Assembly: GCA_964448185.1 (NCBI GenBank)
Contig: CAYUVO010000004.1
Location: 1 to 56,141, forward strand
Direction of reading: 5' to 3'
Length of the DNA stretch: 56,141 nucleotides
DNA from: an uncultured Phycisphaeraceae bacterium
GTDB lineage: Bacteria; Planctomycetota; Phycisphaerae; Phycisphaerales; UBA1924
Shown here: positions 20,040 to 28,625 of the stretch, in pieces
How the letters are laid out: every line of letters begins with the position of its first letter
Position numbering within the stretch: the stretch's first letter is position 1
The notes under the pieces: generated by a model
The model's input: the letters and a program-made list of their open reading frames with translations, nothing else
What the model was told of the DNA's origin: nothing
The model's database searches: none
Made by a program: the position numbers and the translations under genes

Positions 20040-20221
20040 GGATGGCCGAAGTCAACCTCTTGAATGCGGCGGCGAGGGCGAAAAACGTTGTTCTCGGTCC
20101 AAGAAACAGCGTGGGTACAGATTCCCAACCGAACACATGTGCGCATTTCTTGGTACATACAGGTAGATGGGACACCACGGTGTTGTACCCAGAGGTTCTC
20201 CGCCGATAGGATTAGGTATAC

Positions 20222-20533
20222 ATGAGCACGTTTCGTCGTTCTTTTTTGAGCAGGATCGGATCGGTCGCAGATGTGTGGCTGGACGAGGATCCTGCGCATG
20301 AACGACTCGTGATGAACCTGAAATGGCTCATGAAGAATCGTCCCAGCGATACCGAACTCATCATGTCGGATCTGCGACGCGCCATGCTGCGGAGCGTTGA
20401 TACACTGCCGGACGATGTCCGAACCTCCATCAAACGACAGCTCGAATCCGTCTCCGAATCAGAATACGAACGACGGCTTGGCCTCTCCGAGCCCCTCGCC
20501 GCCCCCGACCAACTCCAGCTCTTCACAGACTGA
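20222..20533 (+). CDS. Hypothetical 103-aa protein (no recognisable domain)
   Basis: ORF in a lower-GC stretch. Its stop lies 22 nt before the DUF2335 gene start. Coding status is inferred from position only. Confidence 0.4.
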   Translation: MSTFRRSFLSRIGSVADVWLDEDPAHERLVMNLKWLMKNRPSDTELIMSDLRRAMLRSVDTLPDDVRTSIKRQLESVSESEYERRLGLSEPLAAPDQLQLFTD

Positions 20534-20555
20534 GCCGGGCGAAGATGCTGCAACT

Positions 20556-20990
20556 ATGAGCATGAGCACGTTTGCTTCCTTTTCAGGACCATTGCCACCT
20601 CCAACAATCCTGCAAGCGTTCGGCGAAATCAATCCGGCGTATCCCGACATCATCGTCGCGAGGTCAGAGCGAGAGCAGGCTCATCGGCATGCGATCGAAC
20701 ACAAGTTGATTGATAGCGAGATTGAGTCTCGCCGCTTGACGCACGAAGAACGTAAATGGACGGCCACTGTGGGGGGAATAATTTTTATAGCCGTCATTAT
20801 TGTGGGTGGTGTGGTTGCTCTTTGGGCCAATGCTGCCGCGGGAGCATCGATGGTGGGCGTTGCGGTGCTTGCGATTCCTGCGACCATTTGGTGGAATAAA
20901 CAGAATCGAAATCAGCCCGCTTCAAACACGAATCCGCCTGACTCGTCGGATGAAGATGAATCACAAAGCACAGATCAGCTCGCTCAATAA
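20556..20990 (+). CDS. DUF2335-family membrane protein
   Basis: GPLPPPTILQAFGEINPAYPDIIVARSEREQAHRHAIE followed by two TM helices, the typical DUF2335 layout. Confidence 0.65.
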   Translation: MSMSTFASFSGPLPPPTILQAFGEINPAYPDIIVARSEREQAHRHAIEHKLIDSEIESRRLTHEERKWTATVGGIIFIAVIIVGGVVALWANAAAGASMVGVAVLAIPATIWWNKQNRNQPASNTNPPDSSDEDESQSTDQLAQ

Positions 20991-21781
20991 TCGTGGCCGC
21001 GAACGCCCTTGGCGGTGTCGTGGAGTCGCAACGCTCGGCCGTTGGCGCGGACATTGGCGAAGGGATCAGTCGCCTCGGTCGGATTCTCCGCAGCAGCGTG
21101 TCCATCGGGGAACGCCATCGGCGTGTTCGCGTTCCAGTGCCCGCCCTTGAGATCGGGTCGGCTCCGCAGGTACGCGAGATGCGTGTCCCAGAACAGCACC
21201 TTCTGTGACGGGAAGACCACTTCGCTATCACGCACCGCGCGGAGGGGTTCATCGGTGGGCGGGTTGTCGCTCCAGAGATCCGGGTCTGCGATGAAGCTGT
21301 TGGAATAGCGCCACGAGATCATCTCGCCGGGCGAGAACTCGGGATCCTCGAAGTCGATATCGTCAACGGTGGGCAGCTCGGTGGGCAGTCCCGGCGAAAC
21401 CCACGTTGCGTAGGCCTCTTCCCAGGGAGTGATGCTTGTGAGCACCGCGGGCCACGCCCACTCCATCGCGAAGATATCGCTGGTGGCGATGAAGGTGTTC
21501 CCCGGGTACCACTTGACCGCGATGCCCCCGAAGCCGCCCGGGATGCCCGTCATGGAAACTGGCGCGATGTAGGGGTAGCGGTCGTCGTTGTCGCCGAGGT
21601 ACAGCGAGAAGCTCTGGGCGACCGATCGCGCGTTGCTCAGAGCAAGGATCTGCCTGCTTGATTCGCGCGCGCCGCCCAGAGCCGGGAGCAAGATCCCGAT
21701 GAGCAGCGCGATGATCGCAATGACGACGAGCAGTTCGATGAGCGTAAAGCCGCGCGTGAGAGAAATGCTTTGACGTTTCAT
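20984..21781 (-). CDS. Prepilin-type N-terminal cleavage/methylation domain protein (DUF1559-like pseudopilin)
   Basis: MKRQSISLTRGFTLIELLVVIAIIALLIGILLPAL. Confidence 0.85.
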   Translation of the reverse strand: MKRQSISLTRGFTLIELLVVIAIIALLIGILLPALGGARESSRQILALSNARSVAQSFSLYLGDNDDRYPYIAPVSMTGIPGGFGGIAVKWYPGNTFIATSDIFAMEWAWPAVLTSITPWEEAYATWVSPGLPTELPTVDDIDFEDPEFSPGEMISWRYSNSFIADPDLWSDNPPTDEPLRAVRDSEVVFPSQKVLFWDTHLAYLRSRPDLKGGHWNANTPMAFPDGHAAAENPTEATDPFANVRANGRALRLHDTAKGVRGHDY

Positions 21782-22800
21782 CCTTCACCCCCATCGTCTT
21801 CGTCGTTTTGAATGGTGCGTTGGCGGCGAGTGGCACGGGCCGCGCTCATCGCCTCGCTAAAGCGAGAGTTGGCTTTGTCGGACCGCAGCCCCATGCGCAG
21901 TCCGGCGGGGGTCCACTGGTTGTTCACCCGTGCCATGAACACACTCAAGCCAAGATCGGCTTTGTCTCCCTTTGAATCCTTGAGCCGTGACGGTGTCCAG
22001 ATTTCGAGGTATCGCGTGCGGTCGTTGGCCTCGCGGAGTGCTGGGAACAGGCCCGTGAGCGGCATGTTGACCGAATGCGTCTTCTTCTCGTTTCCTTGAT
22101 CGTCGTTGGTGACGTTCGTCATCGCCATCATCGGAACCGCGCCCTCGGGCAGCTTCATTCCGGGGATGTTGGGCAGCGCGGGCATATTGGGACCGCCATC
22201 GACGTTGGCCCGACGGATCTTGCTCGCCTCCCACGCCACCGCGGCTCCCATGAGGTATCCCGAAAGGTTGTTGTACACGCCGTCGGCACCATCCGAGACG
22301 CCGCCGAGATCACCCACCGCAGCTGCGAACGCTGTCGCATCGCCGTCGATGAGGGGTTGGACGAACGACCTCCAGGCCTTTGCGACCTCTGACCATTCGC
22401 CGGAGGTGAGCTTGGCCTCGATGGCTTTTTCCATCAGCATCACGTCGGCGACCGAGGTATCGAACAGCTCGAAGTCCATGGATTCGTCTGAAGGTGTGCC
22501 GCTGTTGAGCGTCATCTGGGCGTCGATCGCAGCCATATCTTCGGGCGTCATGTTGTCGCTGTTCCACGCGAACTCTTCGCCGTCACCAGCCCCGCCCGGG
22601 ACGCGCAGGCCCGTGCCCTCGCCCATGTTGGGCACGCCTCGGCGCGGGGGGCCGTGGTCGTCAGTCTTTGCGACTGCTGTGTTCGCCGAGACGACCGAGG
22701 AGCTGCCTCCGAACTGTTTGGTGACTTGCCAGGCGAGCACGCCCGCTGCAGCTAAGCACAAAACGCCTACCCCTACGACGGCTTTGGTTGGTTGGATCAT
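21778..22800 (-). CDS. Hypothetical membrane-anchored/secreted protein
   Basis: Start ATG 22800 gives MIQPTKAVVGVGVLCLAAAGVLAW. Its stop overlaps the pseudopilin start (ATGA). No recognisable domain. Confidence 0.5.
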   Translation of the reverse strand: MIQPTKAVVGVGVLCLAAAGVLAWQVTKQFGGSSSVVSANTAVAKTDDHGPPRRGVPNMGEGTGLRVPGGAGDGEEFAWNSDNMTPEDMAAIDAQMTLNSGTPSDESMDFELFDTSVADVMLMEKAIEAKLTSGEWSEVAKAWRSFVQPLIDGDATAFAAAVGDLGGVSDGADGVYNNLSGYLMGAAVAWEASKIRRANVDGGPNMPALPNIPGMKLPEGAVPMMAMTNVTNDDQGNEKKTHSVNMPLTGLFPALREANDRTRYLEIWTPSRLKDSKGDKADLGLSVFMARVNNQWTPAGLRMGLRSDKANSRFSEAMSAARATRRQRTIQNDEDDGGEG

Positions 22801-22995
22801 TGTTGCGTTCTCCCTGTTTGGACTCCACCAGAGCATCAGAGTTTCGATGAAGGTGCCGCGACGCACGGTCCCGATGGGCGGGTCAGAACACAGAGATGCT
22901 CGGGCTCAAGAGATCCGTCACGAAATCATGAGTTTCCTGTGGGGCACACACACAAGGGGCACAAGATCACGGAGGATCTCTGGCTATTGTCCACA

Positions 22996-24030
22996 ATGAA
23001 ATCGAGCCCAGATGTGTTGCCCGCCTCGTTTTTGCCTGTTGCGATTGCTGCGGTCAGGGCTGCCGCCATCGTCACGACCCGTGTGCAGGCCCGGCTCGAT
23101 GAAGTCCGTGCGATCACCAAGGACGACGCCTCGCCGGTGACCGTCGCCGATCTCGCGAGCCAAGCGGCCATCGCAACCATGCTGGCTGAGCAGGACCCGT
23201 CACTCGTGCTCGTGGGCGAGGAGGACAGCAGCTTTCTTCGCCAGCCAGTGCACGCAAGCCAGCTCGACGCCACGCTCGAAGCGGCCCGTTGGGTGCTTCC
23301 TGAGATCACACAAGCCCAGCTCCTCGACGCGATCGACCTAGGCAACGCCGAGCCGCGCGATGAAGGCTTCTGGACGCTCGACCCCATCGACGGCACCAAA
23401 GGCTTCTTGCGGGGTCAGCAGTACGCGATTGCGCTGGCGTACATCGTCCGCGGCCGACCGGTGGTCGCGGTGATGGGCTGTCCGAATCTCTCGCTCGACA
23501 CAGCACAACTCGAAGCCATCCCGCACGGCACCGGCTGCTTGTTTATCGCAAGCGAACACGAAGCGACACGCTGCGAACCCATTCGCGGCGAGCATGCGCC
23601 GAGCGTCTCGGCCCGAGTTCATTGCAACGAATCCGATCGCCCCTTGGTCACCACCGGCTCGGTCGAAGGGGCGTACTCCGAGACGGACTGGTCGGGGCGA
23701 TCGTTTCGAGCACTCGCCGAGCACGGCTTTGTTCTTGGCGAGCGCCTCAAGATGGACAGCCAAGCCAAGTATGCTGCGGTGGCTCGCGGCCAGGCCGATG
23801 CGTACCTGCGTCTGCCCAGCAGGCCCGGCTATGTCGAAGCGATCTGGGATCACGCGGCGGGCTCGTTGATCGCCCAGCAAGCCGGGGCAATCGTCACCGA
23901 CATCGACGGCCAAGAGCTCGATTTCTCGACCGGCGAACGCCTCACGCGCAACCGCGGCATCGTCTGTGCTGCCCCAGCGATCCACGCCCCGCTGGTCGAG
24001 GCGATCAGGGAGCAGGCCTGTTCGGTCTAG
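22996..24030 (+). CDS. cysQ: 3'(2'),5'-bisphosphate nucleotidase / inositol monophosphatase family
   Basis: LVGEEDS, WTLDPIDGTKGFLRG and IWDHAAG motifs. ATG 22996 was chosen within the longer ORF. Confidence 0.8.
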   Translation: MKSSPDVLPASFLPVAIAAVRAAAIVTTRVQARLDEVRAITKDDASPVTVADLASQAAIATMLAEQDPSLVLVGEEDSSFLRQPVHASQLDATLEAARWVLPEITQAQLLDAIDLGNAEPRDEGFWTLDPIDGTKGFLRGQQYAIALAYIVRGRPVVAVMGCPNLSLDTAQLEAIPHGTGCLFIASEHEATRCEPIRGEHAPSVSARVHCNESDRPLVTTGSVEGAYSETDWSGRSFRALAEHGFVLGERLKMDSQAKYAAVARGQADAYLRLPSRPGYVEAIWDHAAGSLIAQQAGAIVTDIDGQELDFSTGERLTRNRGIVCAAPAIHAPLVEAIREQACSV

Positions 24031-24103
24031 CTGATGCTCTTGCTCTCGCCGGCCGGTCAAAACGCGTTCGTCTGAGTGAATACACACAGCGAGTGAACAC
24101 GTC

Positions 24104-25315
24104 TCAGCGGTCCTTGCGTTGGCGCGTCAATGCGCCCGCGGGAGTGATCGCGTGTTTGCCGAAGCGGTCGATCACCGCGTCCTTGGCCGCGTCGAGCGGC
24201 GACGTCTGCTGTTCTTGCTCAAAGAGCCCGACGCTCTGCGTGCCCGCATCCGCCAAGCGGTCTACACCAAATCCCAGCAACCGCAATGGCTTCCAGCCCT
24301 CGCCCACCCAGCGCGCATACACCCTCTGTGCCACGCTCCAAAGCTCATCGGTGCGACTGCTCGCGGGATTGATGCTTGCCGAGCGAGTGACTGTTTCAAA
24401 GTCCCCGTACCGGAGCTTGAGTGAGATGCCCCCCGCGACCAAGCCCTTTGCTCGCAGCCGATGCGAGACGCTCTCGACATGCCACAACAACAACGCACGT
24501 CCCTGCTCGGGCGTTGCGAGATCTTCGGTCATCGTGCGTTCCTGGCTGATCGATTTGCGTTCGCGGTCCGTGCGCACGGGCCGATCATCAATGCCCATCG
24601 CCTTGCGGTGCGCACTCTCGGCGTGTTCGCCGAAGACCGATCGGAGCTGGTCGAGCGGTGCGATCGCGAGTTCGCCGACGGTGCGCAAGCCGATCGCGCT
24701 GAGCCGGCGCACGCTCGCGGGTCCGAGCCCGGGGATGACCGCAACAGACATCGGCGCAAGGAACGCGGCCTCGCTGCCCGGCTCGACCACCGTGAGCCCA
24801 TCAGGTTTGTCTGCGTCCGAAGCCACCTTGGCGACCATCTTGTTGGTCGCAACGCCGACCGAAACCGTCAGGCCAAGCTCGTGCTTGATGCGTGCGCGGA
24901 TCGCTCGTGCGATCGTCGGACCGTCGCCACACACCGCGTGCGAACCCGTGACGTCTACAAACGCTTCATCCACACTCAACGGCTCAATCACCGGTGAAAA
25001 ATCTCCCAGGATCCCGAACACACGCGACGAGATCTCGCTGTAGCGTGAGAATCGCCCGGGCAGAATGATTGCGTGCGGGCAGCGGCGCAGCGCGATCGCG
25101 GTGGGCATTGCGGACCTGCATCCAAACTTGCGCGCTTCGTAGCTCGCAGCCGCGATAACGCCTCGTTTGCCCGCGCCGCCTACGAGCACGGGCTTGCCAC
25201 GCAATGAAGGATCGTCGAGTTGCTCGACCGAGGCAAAGAACGCGTCCATGTCGGCGTGCAGAATGGTGCGATGCCGGGGGCGATGCGGCGAGAGTTGGAT
25301 CGGTGTGCTGCTCAT
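24104..25315 (-). CDS. dinB: DNA polymerase IV (Y-family)
   Basis: ILHADMDAFFASVEQLDDPSLRGKPVLVGG, SVDEAFVDVTG. The start is 2 nt after the stop of the upstream kinase gene. Confidence 0.9.
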   Translation of the reverse strand: MSSTPIQLSPHRPRHRTILHADMDAFFASVEQLDDPSLRGKPVLVGGAGKRGVIAAASYEARKFGCRSAMPTAIALRRCPHAIILPGRFSRYSEISSRVFGILGDFSPVIEPLSVDEAFVDVTGSHAVCGDGPTIARAIRARIKHELGLTVSVGVATNKMVAKVASDADKPDGLTVVEPGSEAAFLAPMSVAVIPGLGPASVRRLSAIGLRTVGELAIAPLDQLRSVFGEHAESAHRKAMGIDDRPVRTDRERKSISQERTMTEDLATPEQGRALLLWHVESVSHRLRAKGLVAGGISLKLRYGDFETVTRSASINPASSRTDELWSVAQRVYARWVGEGWKPLRLLGFGVDRLADAGTQSVGLFEQEQQTSPLDAAKDAVIDRFGKHAITPAGALTRQRKDR

Positions 25316-25317
25316 GG

Positions 25318-27069
25318 TCAGTGAGCCGAGAACGGGTCGTGGCGATCGGCGGGCGCGTTGGTCGTCGCCGACGGATCGGCAGCGGAATCCGCGGGCAGCG
25401 TGATCGTAAAGATCGTCCCCGTGTTCTCGCCAGAGCTCTCGACTTTGATTCGGCCACGGTGTTCCTCGACGATGCGTTTGGTGACCGCGAGTCCGAGCCC
25501 GGTGCCCCGCGTGCCCTTGGTCGAAAAGAACGGCTCAAAGATCCGCCGCTGAATCTCCGTCGGGATACCAGGTCCGTTATCAATCACCTGAATATCCGCA
25601 TACGTCGCACCTTCGCCCAAAAGAGGATCGGTTACGCGGAACATCGTGCGGATCGTCACGGCGCCGTGCTGATCGCCAGCCGCTTCGATCGCGTTGCCCA
25701 CAAGATTCATCATCGCCTGGTGCATCAAGCTCGCGTCGATCGGGATCGGGGGCATCTCGCTGTCGTAGTCAACAATCAACGCGACCTGCTTGCTGGTCGC
25801 CAGTCCTTCGAGCAGCGCCACGCAGTCATTGATCACGCTGTGAACAGGCTGCAACTCCAGCTCGATCGAACGCTCGCGGCTAAACGCCAGCATGTTGAGC
25901 GTCAGCCCCATGATCCGATCCAGATTCCGCTTGAGAATGGGCCAGCCGTTGGCTGCGACTTCGAGATCACGCTTGCGCAAGCCCATCTCGACGACATCCG
26001 CGCCGCCACGCAACCCTTGAAGAATGTTCTTGATCGAATGGCTCAGCGAAGCAACCGTCTGCCCGATCGTCACCAGGCGTTCGGTCTGCAACCGTTCGCC
26101 GTAGCGGTCCGCATTGGCGAGCGCAAGACCCGTGTGCTGACCGATCGCGTTCATGAGTGCGAGCTGTTGCTCGGTGAACGTGTAGTTTGCGAGGGATGAA
26201 TCGATCGAGATCGCGCCGAACACACGGTCGCGGAACCGGATGGGCGAGCAGATCGCGCTGCGGATGCCGTAGCCTTGTACGCTGTCGCCCTTGGCGAATC
26301 GTCGATCGCTCATCGCGTTCGTGCTCAGCACGCCCTCGGAGCGGTTGACCACATGCTGCAGGATGGTCTTGGAAACTCCGATCGAGGGGACTTCTTTTTC
26401 GCCCGCCTTGGTGCTCGTTGAGGTGAGCGTTGCGGGTTTGCTCCCGGGCATGACGAACGTCTGGCCCATCGAGCCGTCCGCGTTGAGCAGCACGATCACG
26501 CCCCGCTCGGGCTTGAACTCCTCGCGCACCAACAACAACGCCTCCTCCAACAACTGCTCGCGGTCGAGCAACTGCGTGGTCAGCGTCGTGAGCTGATAGA
26601 TCACCCGCAGGTGGTCCACCGCTGCCGCGGTCGGCTCGGGCTCGGAAAGCACCATCGAATCATCGTTCGACGGCATCGCTCGCTCGATATCAAAGTCTAC
26701 GAACTCCTCATCGAGCAGCCGAACCACCGACTCGCCCGAGGCGCTGTCTTCATCGCCGAACGCCAAGACCGAACCGCCCACGCGGATCTGATCGCCCGGG
26801 TGCAGCCGCCTGCGTCCGGTGATCTTGGTGCCGTTGAGATAGGTTCCGTTCTGGCTCGAAAGATCGCGGAGATACCACGCCCCGTCGTCGGGGGTCAACT
26901 CGGCATGACGCCTGCTCACGGTGTCGTCGTTGATGGGGAGCGACTCGCTCGACCGCCCGATGAGCTGCGGCTCGTTCGCCGGCAAGCGGAACGCCCGTCC
27001 CTTGTTAGGCCCCTGAATGATCGTGAGAATCAGCACAGTTACACAATACCCGAGAGAGGGGCGAGTCAT
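25318..27069 (-). CDS. FHA-GAF sensor histidine kinase
   Basis: N-terminal FHA (QLIGRSSESLPINDDTVSRRHAEL..LRDLSSQNGTYLNG), central GAF, H-box SLSHSIKNILQGL, N-box NLVGNAIEA, G-boxes DNGPGIP and GTGLGLAV. The ATG 27069 shares one base with the fic stop. An alternative GTG lies 33 nt downstream. Confidence 0.85.
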   Translation of the reverse strand: MTRPSLGYCVTVLILTIIQGPNKGRAFRLPANEPQLIGRSSESLPINDDTVSRRHAELTPDDGAWYLRDLSSQNGTYLNGTKITGRRRLHPGDQIRVGGSVLAFGDEDSASGESVVRLLDEEFVDFDIERAMPSNDDSMVLSEPEPTAAAVDHLRVIYQLTTLTTQLLDREQLLEEALLLVREEFKPERGVIVLLNADGSMGQTFVMPGSKPATLTSTSTKAGEKEVPSIGVSKTILQHVVNRSEGVLSTNAMSDRRFAKGDSVQGYGIRSAICSPIRFRDRVFGAISIDSSLANYTFTEQQLALMNAIGQHTGLALANADRYGERLQTERLVTIGQTVASLSHSIKNILQGLRGGADVVEMGLRKRDLEVAANGWPILKRNLDRIMGLTLNMLAFSRERSIELELQPVHSVINDCVALLEGLATSKQVALIVDYDSEMPPIPIDASLMHQAMMNLVGNAIEAAGDQHGAVTIRTMFRVTDPLLGEGATYADIQVIDNGPGIPTEIQRRIFEPFFSTKGTRGTGLGLAVTKRIVEEHRGRIKVESSGENTGTIFTITLPADSAADPSATTNAPADRHDPFSAH

Positions 27070-28400
27070 CAATGTTTTGGCGATGGATCACATGTAGTGA
27101 AGACATACTTATTCCCGACTTGCTGGCGACGAAGATATCCCATTGTCTCGAGATGGAGCAAGTCTGAACGAGCGGTTCCATACGCGATGCCGTAGATAGC
27201 CTGATAGATTTCAATCGTCCATTCGTGATCCGGGCGTTCCGTGGACTCAAGGAGAAAGACCCGTTGCCGGTCGTTCATGTTCTCTTGGGCGAACACGCGT
27301 CTTGCTTCGAGAGTGTCTTTCCGCTTTCGGGTGAGATACTCGGTGAGTTCACCACGGGCCATCGATATGAGCCTTGCGGAATAGACTAGAAAATAGGTCA
27401 GGTCAAACTCATCGGTTTCAACATACTCAAATGCGAGCTGGTACTTGGCCGGCCCGCGAAGGATGAGCCGAGACAGCGGCAGGTACTCGAACATCCAATA
27501 TCCAGAGCGGTGCATCAGCCAATAAAACAAAAGCCGTGCGGTTCGGCCGTTCCCGTCGCAGAATGGATGGTCGTATGCGAGTTGGAAGTGTAGTACGCAA
27601 GCACGCAGTACAGGGTGGATGAACGGCTCCGCATGTCGCGCATCTTCGTTGGCGAACGCACAGAGCTTCTCCAGCCTTGGTGAAAGAGTCGATGCGTGTG
27701 GCGGCTCATGAAGAACCTCTCCGTAGGGATCTTCTACAACAACCGGCTCGCTTACCAATCGGAACCGGCCGCATTCGTCTGGATTCTCCAGCGTTCCTTC
27801 GGTGAGCATCCGCTGCATTTCAATCAGCGTCAATGGAGTGAGCGGTTCGTGTTTGTGCTCGCGGATCCACTGGATAGCGCGATAGTTATTGAGGATCATC
27901 CGCTCGTCACGGTTCCTTGGATCCCGCCCTCGACGCAGCATGTCTTTGGCAACTCTGTGAACGGTCGATGCGCCTTCGAGCTGGCTCGAAGCGATTGCCT
28001 CTTCCATAAGAGAACTGACGATATATCGATCGCTCAAGTCTGCTGGAATTCTCTCTTCGCCATCAAGTGCAAGTCGCCCCGCGAGTTGCTGGTCAACAAG
28101 CATCAGTTCACGCTGTACGAGATCAGGCACCGTGTACTGGAGAGGTTCCCCTTGGTTGCTTGTGAACGGCAAGTGCTGATTGCGAAACGATCTTCCAAGC
28201 TTGATGGTGAGCCAGAGCAACTCGGGGTCCAGCCCACTGTCACGAGCAATAAACTGGATCTTGTGCCAATGGCGGTAGGCTTTGTTCGCCTCACGAGCGG
28301 CGCTTTGATACTCAGGGTTTTCGAGCGTTTGCCCGACAACTTCAGCGCCGCGCCGAGTCCAGATATCAAGCAAGTTAGGGGAGGAGTCGATTTTTGCCAA
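27069..28400 (-). CDS. Fic-family protein, class II (intramolecular inhibitory helix), with C-terminal winged-helix-like domain
   Basis: Canonical HPFCDGNGRTAR (27534-27569). Inhibitory (S/T)xxxE(G/N) = SSQLEG (27972-27989). C-terminal GIAYGTARSDLLHLETMGYLRRQQVGNKYVF is wHTH-like. TTG start. GC is about 47-50%. Confidence 0.85.
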   Translation of the reverse strand: MAKIDSSPNLLDIWTRRGAEVVGQTLENPEYQSAAREANKAYRHWHKIQFIARDSGLDPELLWLTIKLGRSFRNQHLPFTSNQGEPLQYTVPDLVQRELMLVDQQLAGRLALDGEERIPADLSDRYIVSSLMEEAIASSQLEGASTVHRVAKDMLRRGRDPRNRDERMILNNYRAIQWIREHKHEPLTPLTLIEMQRMLTEGTLENPDECGRFRLVSEPVVVEDPYGEVLHEPPHASTLSPRLEKLCAFANEDARHAEPFIHPVLRACVLHFQLAYDHPFCDGNGRTARLLFYWLMHRSGYWMFEYLPLSRLILRGPAKYQLAFEYVETDEFDLTYFLVYSARLISMARGELTEYLTRKRKDTLEARRVFAQENMNDRQRVFLLESTERPDHEWTIEIYQAIYGIAYGTARSDLLHLETMGYLRRQQVGNKYVFTTCDPSPKH

Positions 28401-28419
28401 AGGGTGCTCTCAATAAACG

Positions 28420-28488
28420 ACACTCAATGATAGTGTTTTGCGAGGGGCGTGTCTATCAATTTGATAGACATTGATAGTAAATTGATAG
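28420..28488. promoter_or_regulatory. Iteron/operator array upstream of fic
   Basis: Perfect 19-bp palindrome GTCTATCAA-T-TTGATAGAC (28451-28469). TTGATAG direct repeats start at 28461, 28471 and 28482 (10-11 bp phasing). A further inverted repeat ACACT-caatgat-AGTGT (28420-28436) contains a degenerate copy. Confidence 0.5.
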
Positions 28489-28551
28489 CACCTACAGAAC
28501 CGTACAAACCGCGACACCACAAGATCTTGTGCCCTGCTCCCCTCCTTCACT

Positions 28552-28624
28552 CCTTGCTCATCGCTCCGATTTCTCCACGCTGGTTGATGCGCTCTTGACA
28601 AGCCCCGAGTGTCAGCGAGGGGGA
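28552..28624 (+). repeat. Interspersed repeat copy A (18-bp CCTTGCTCATCGCTCCGA plus 58-bp core ending AGCCCCGAGTGTCAGCGAGGGGGA)
   Basis: The core 28567-28624 is 51/58 identical to 33235-33292. The 18-mer 28552-28569 is identical to 29326-29343. Confidence 0.85.
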
Positions 28625-28625
28625 G

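Noticed and set aside
19328-20299. 323-aa minus-strand ORF spanning the PEP-CTERM gene and the islet
   Set aside because: It crosses a strong plus-strand terminator and an intergenic region, has no recognisable domain, and is antisense to a gene with clear signal and anchor features.
23622-25043. 473-aa plus-strand ORF
   Set aside because: It is antisense to dinB and overlaps the cysQ 3' end. Its composition is Arg/Ser/Pro-rich, typical of an out-of-frame high-GC reading.
28420-28488. TTGATAG repeats considered as a CRISPR-like array
   Set aside because: The repeat unit is 7 nt with 3-4 nt between copies, far too short for CRISPR. There are no cas genes in the window.
28410-28601. 63-aa minus-strand ORF upstream of fic, considered as a possible small antitoxin
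   Set aside because: It is composed of the iteron array plus the interspersed repeat sequence. The Fic protein already carries its own inhibitory helix (class II), so a separate antitoxin is not required. There is no RBS.
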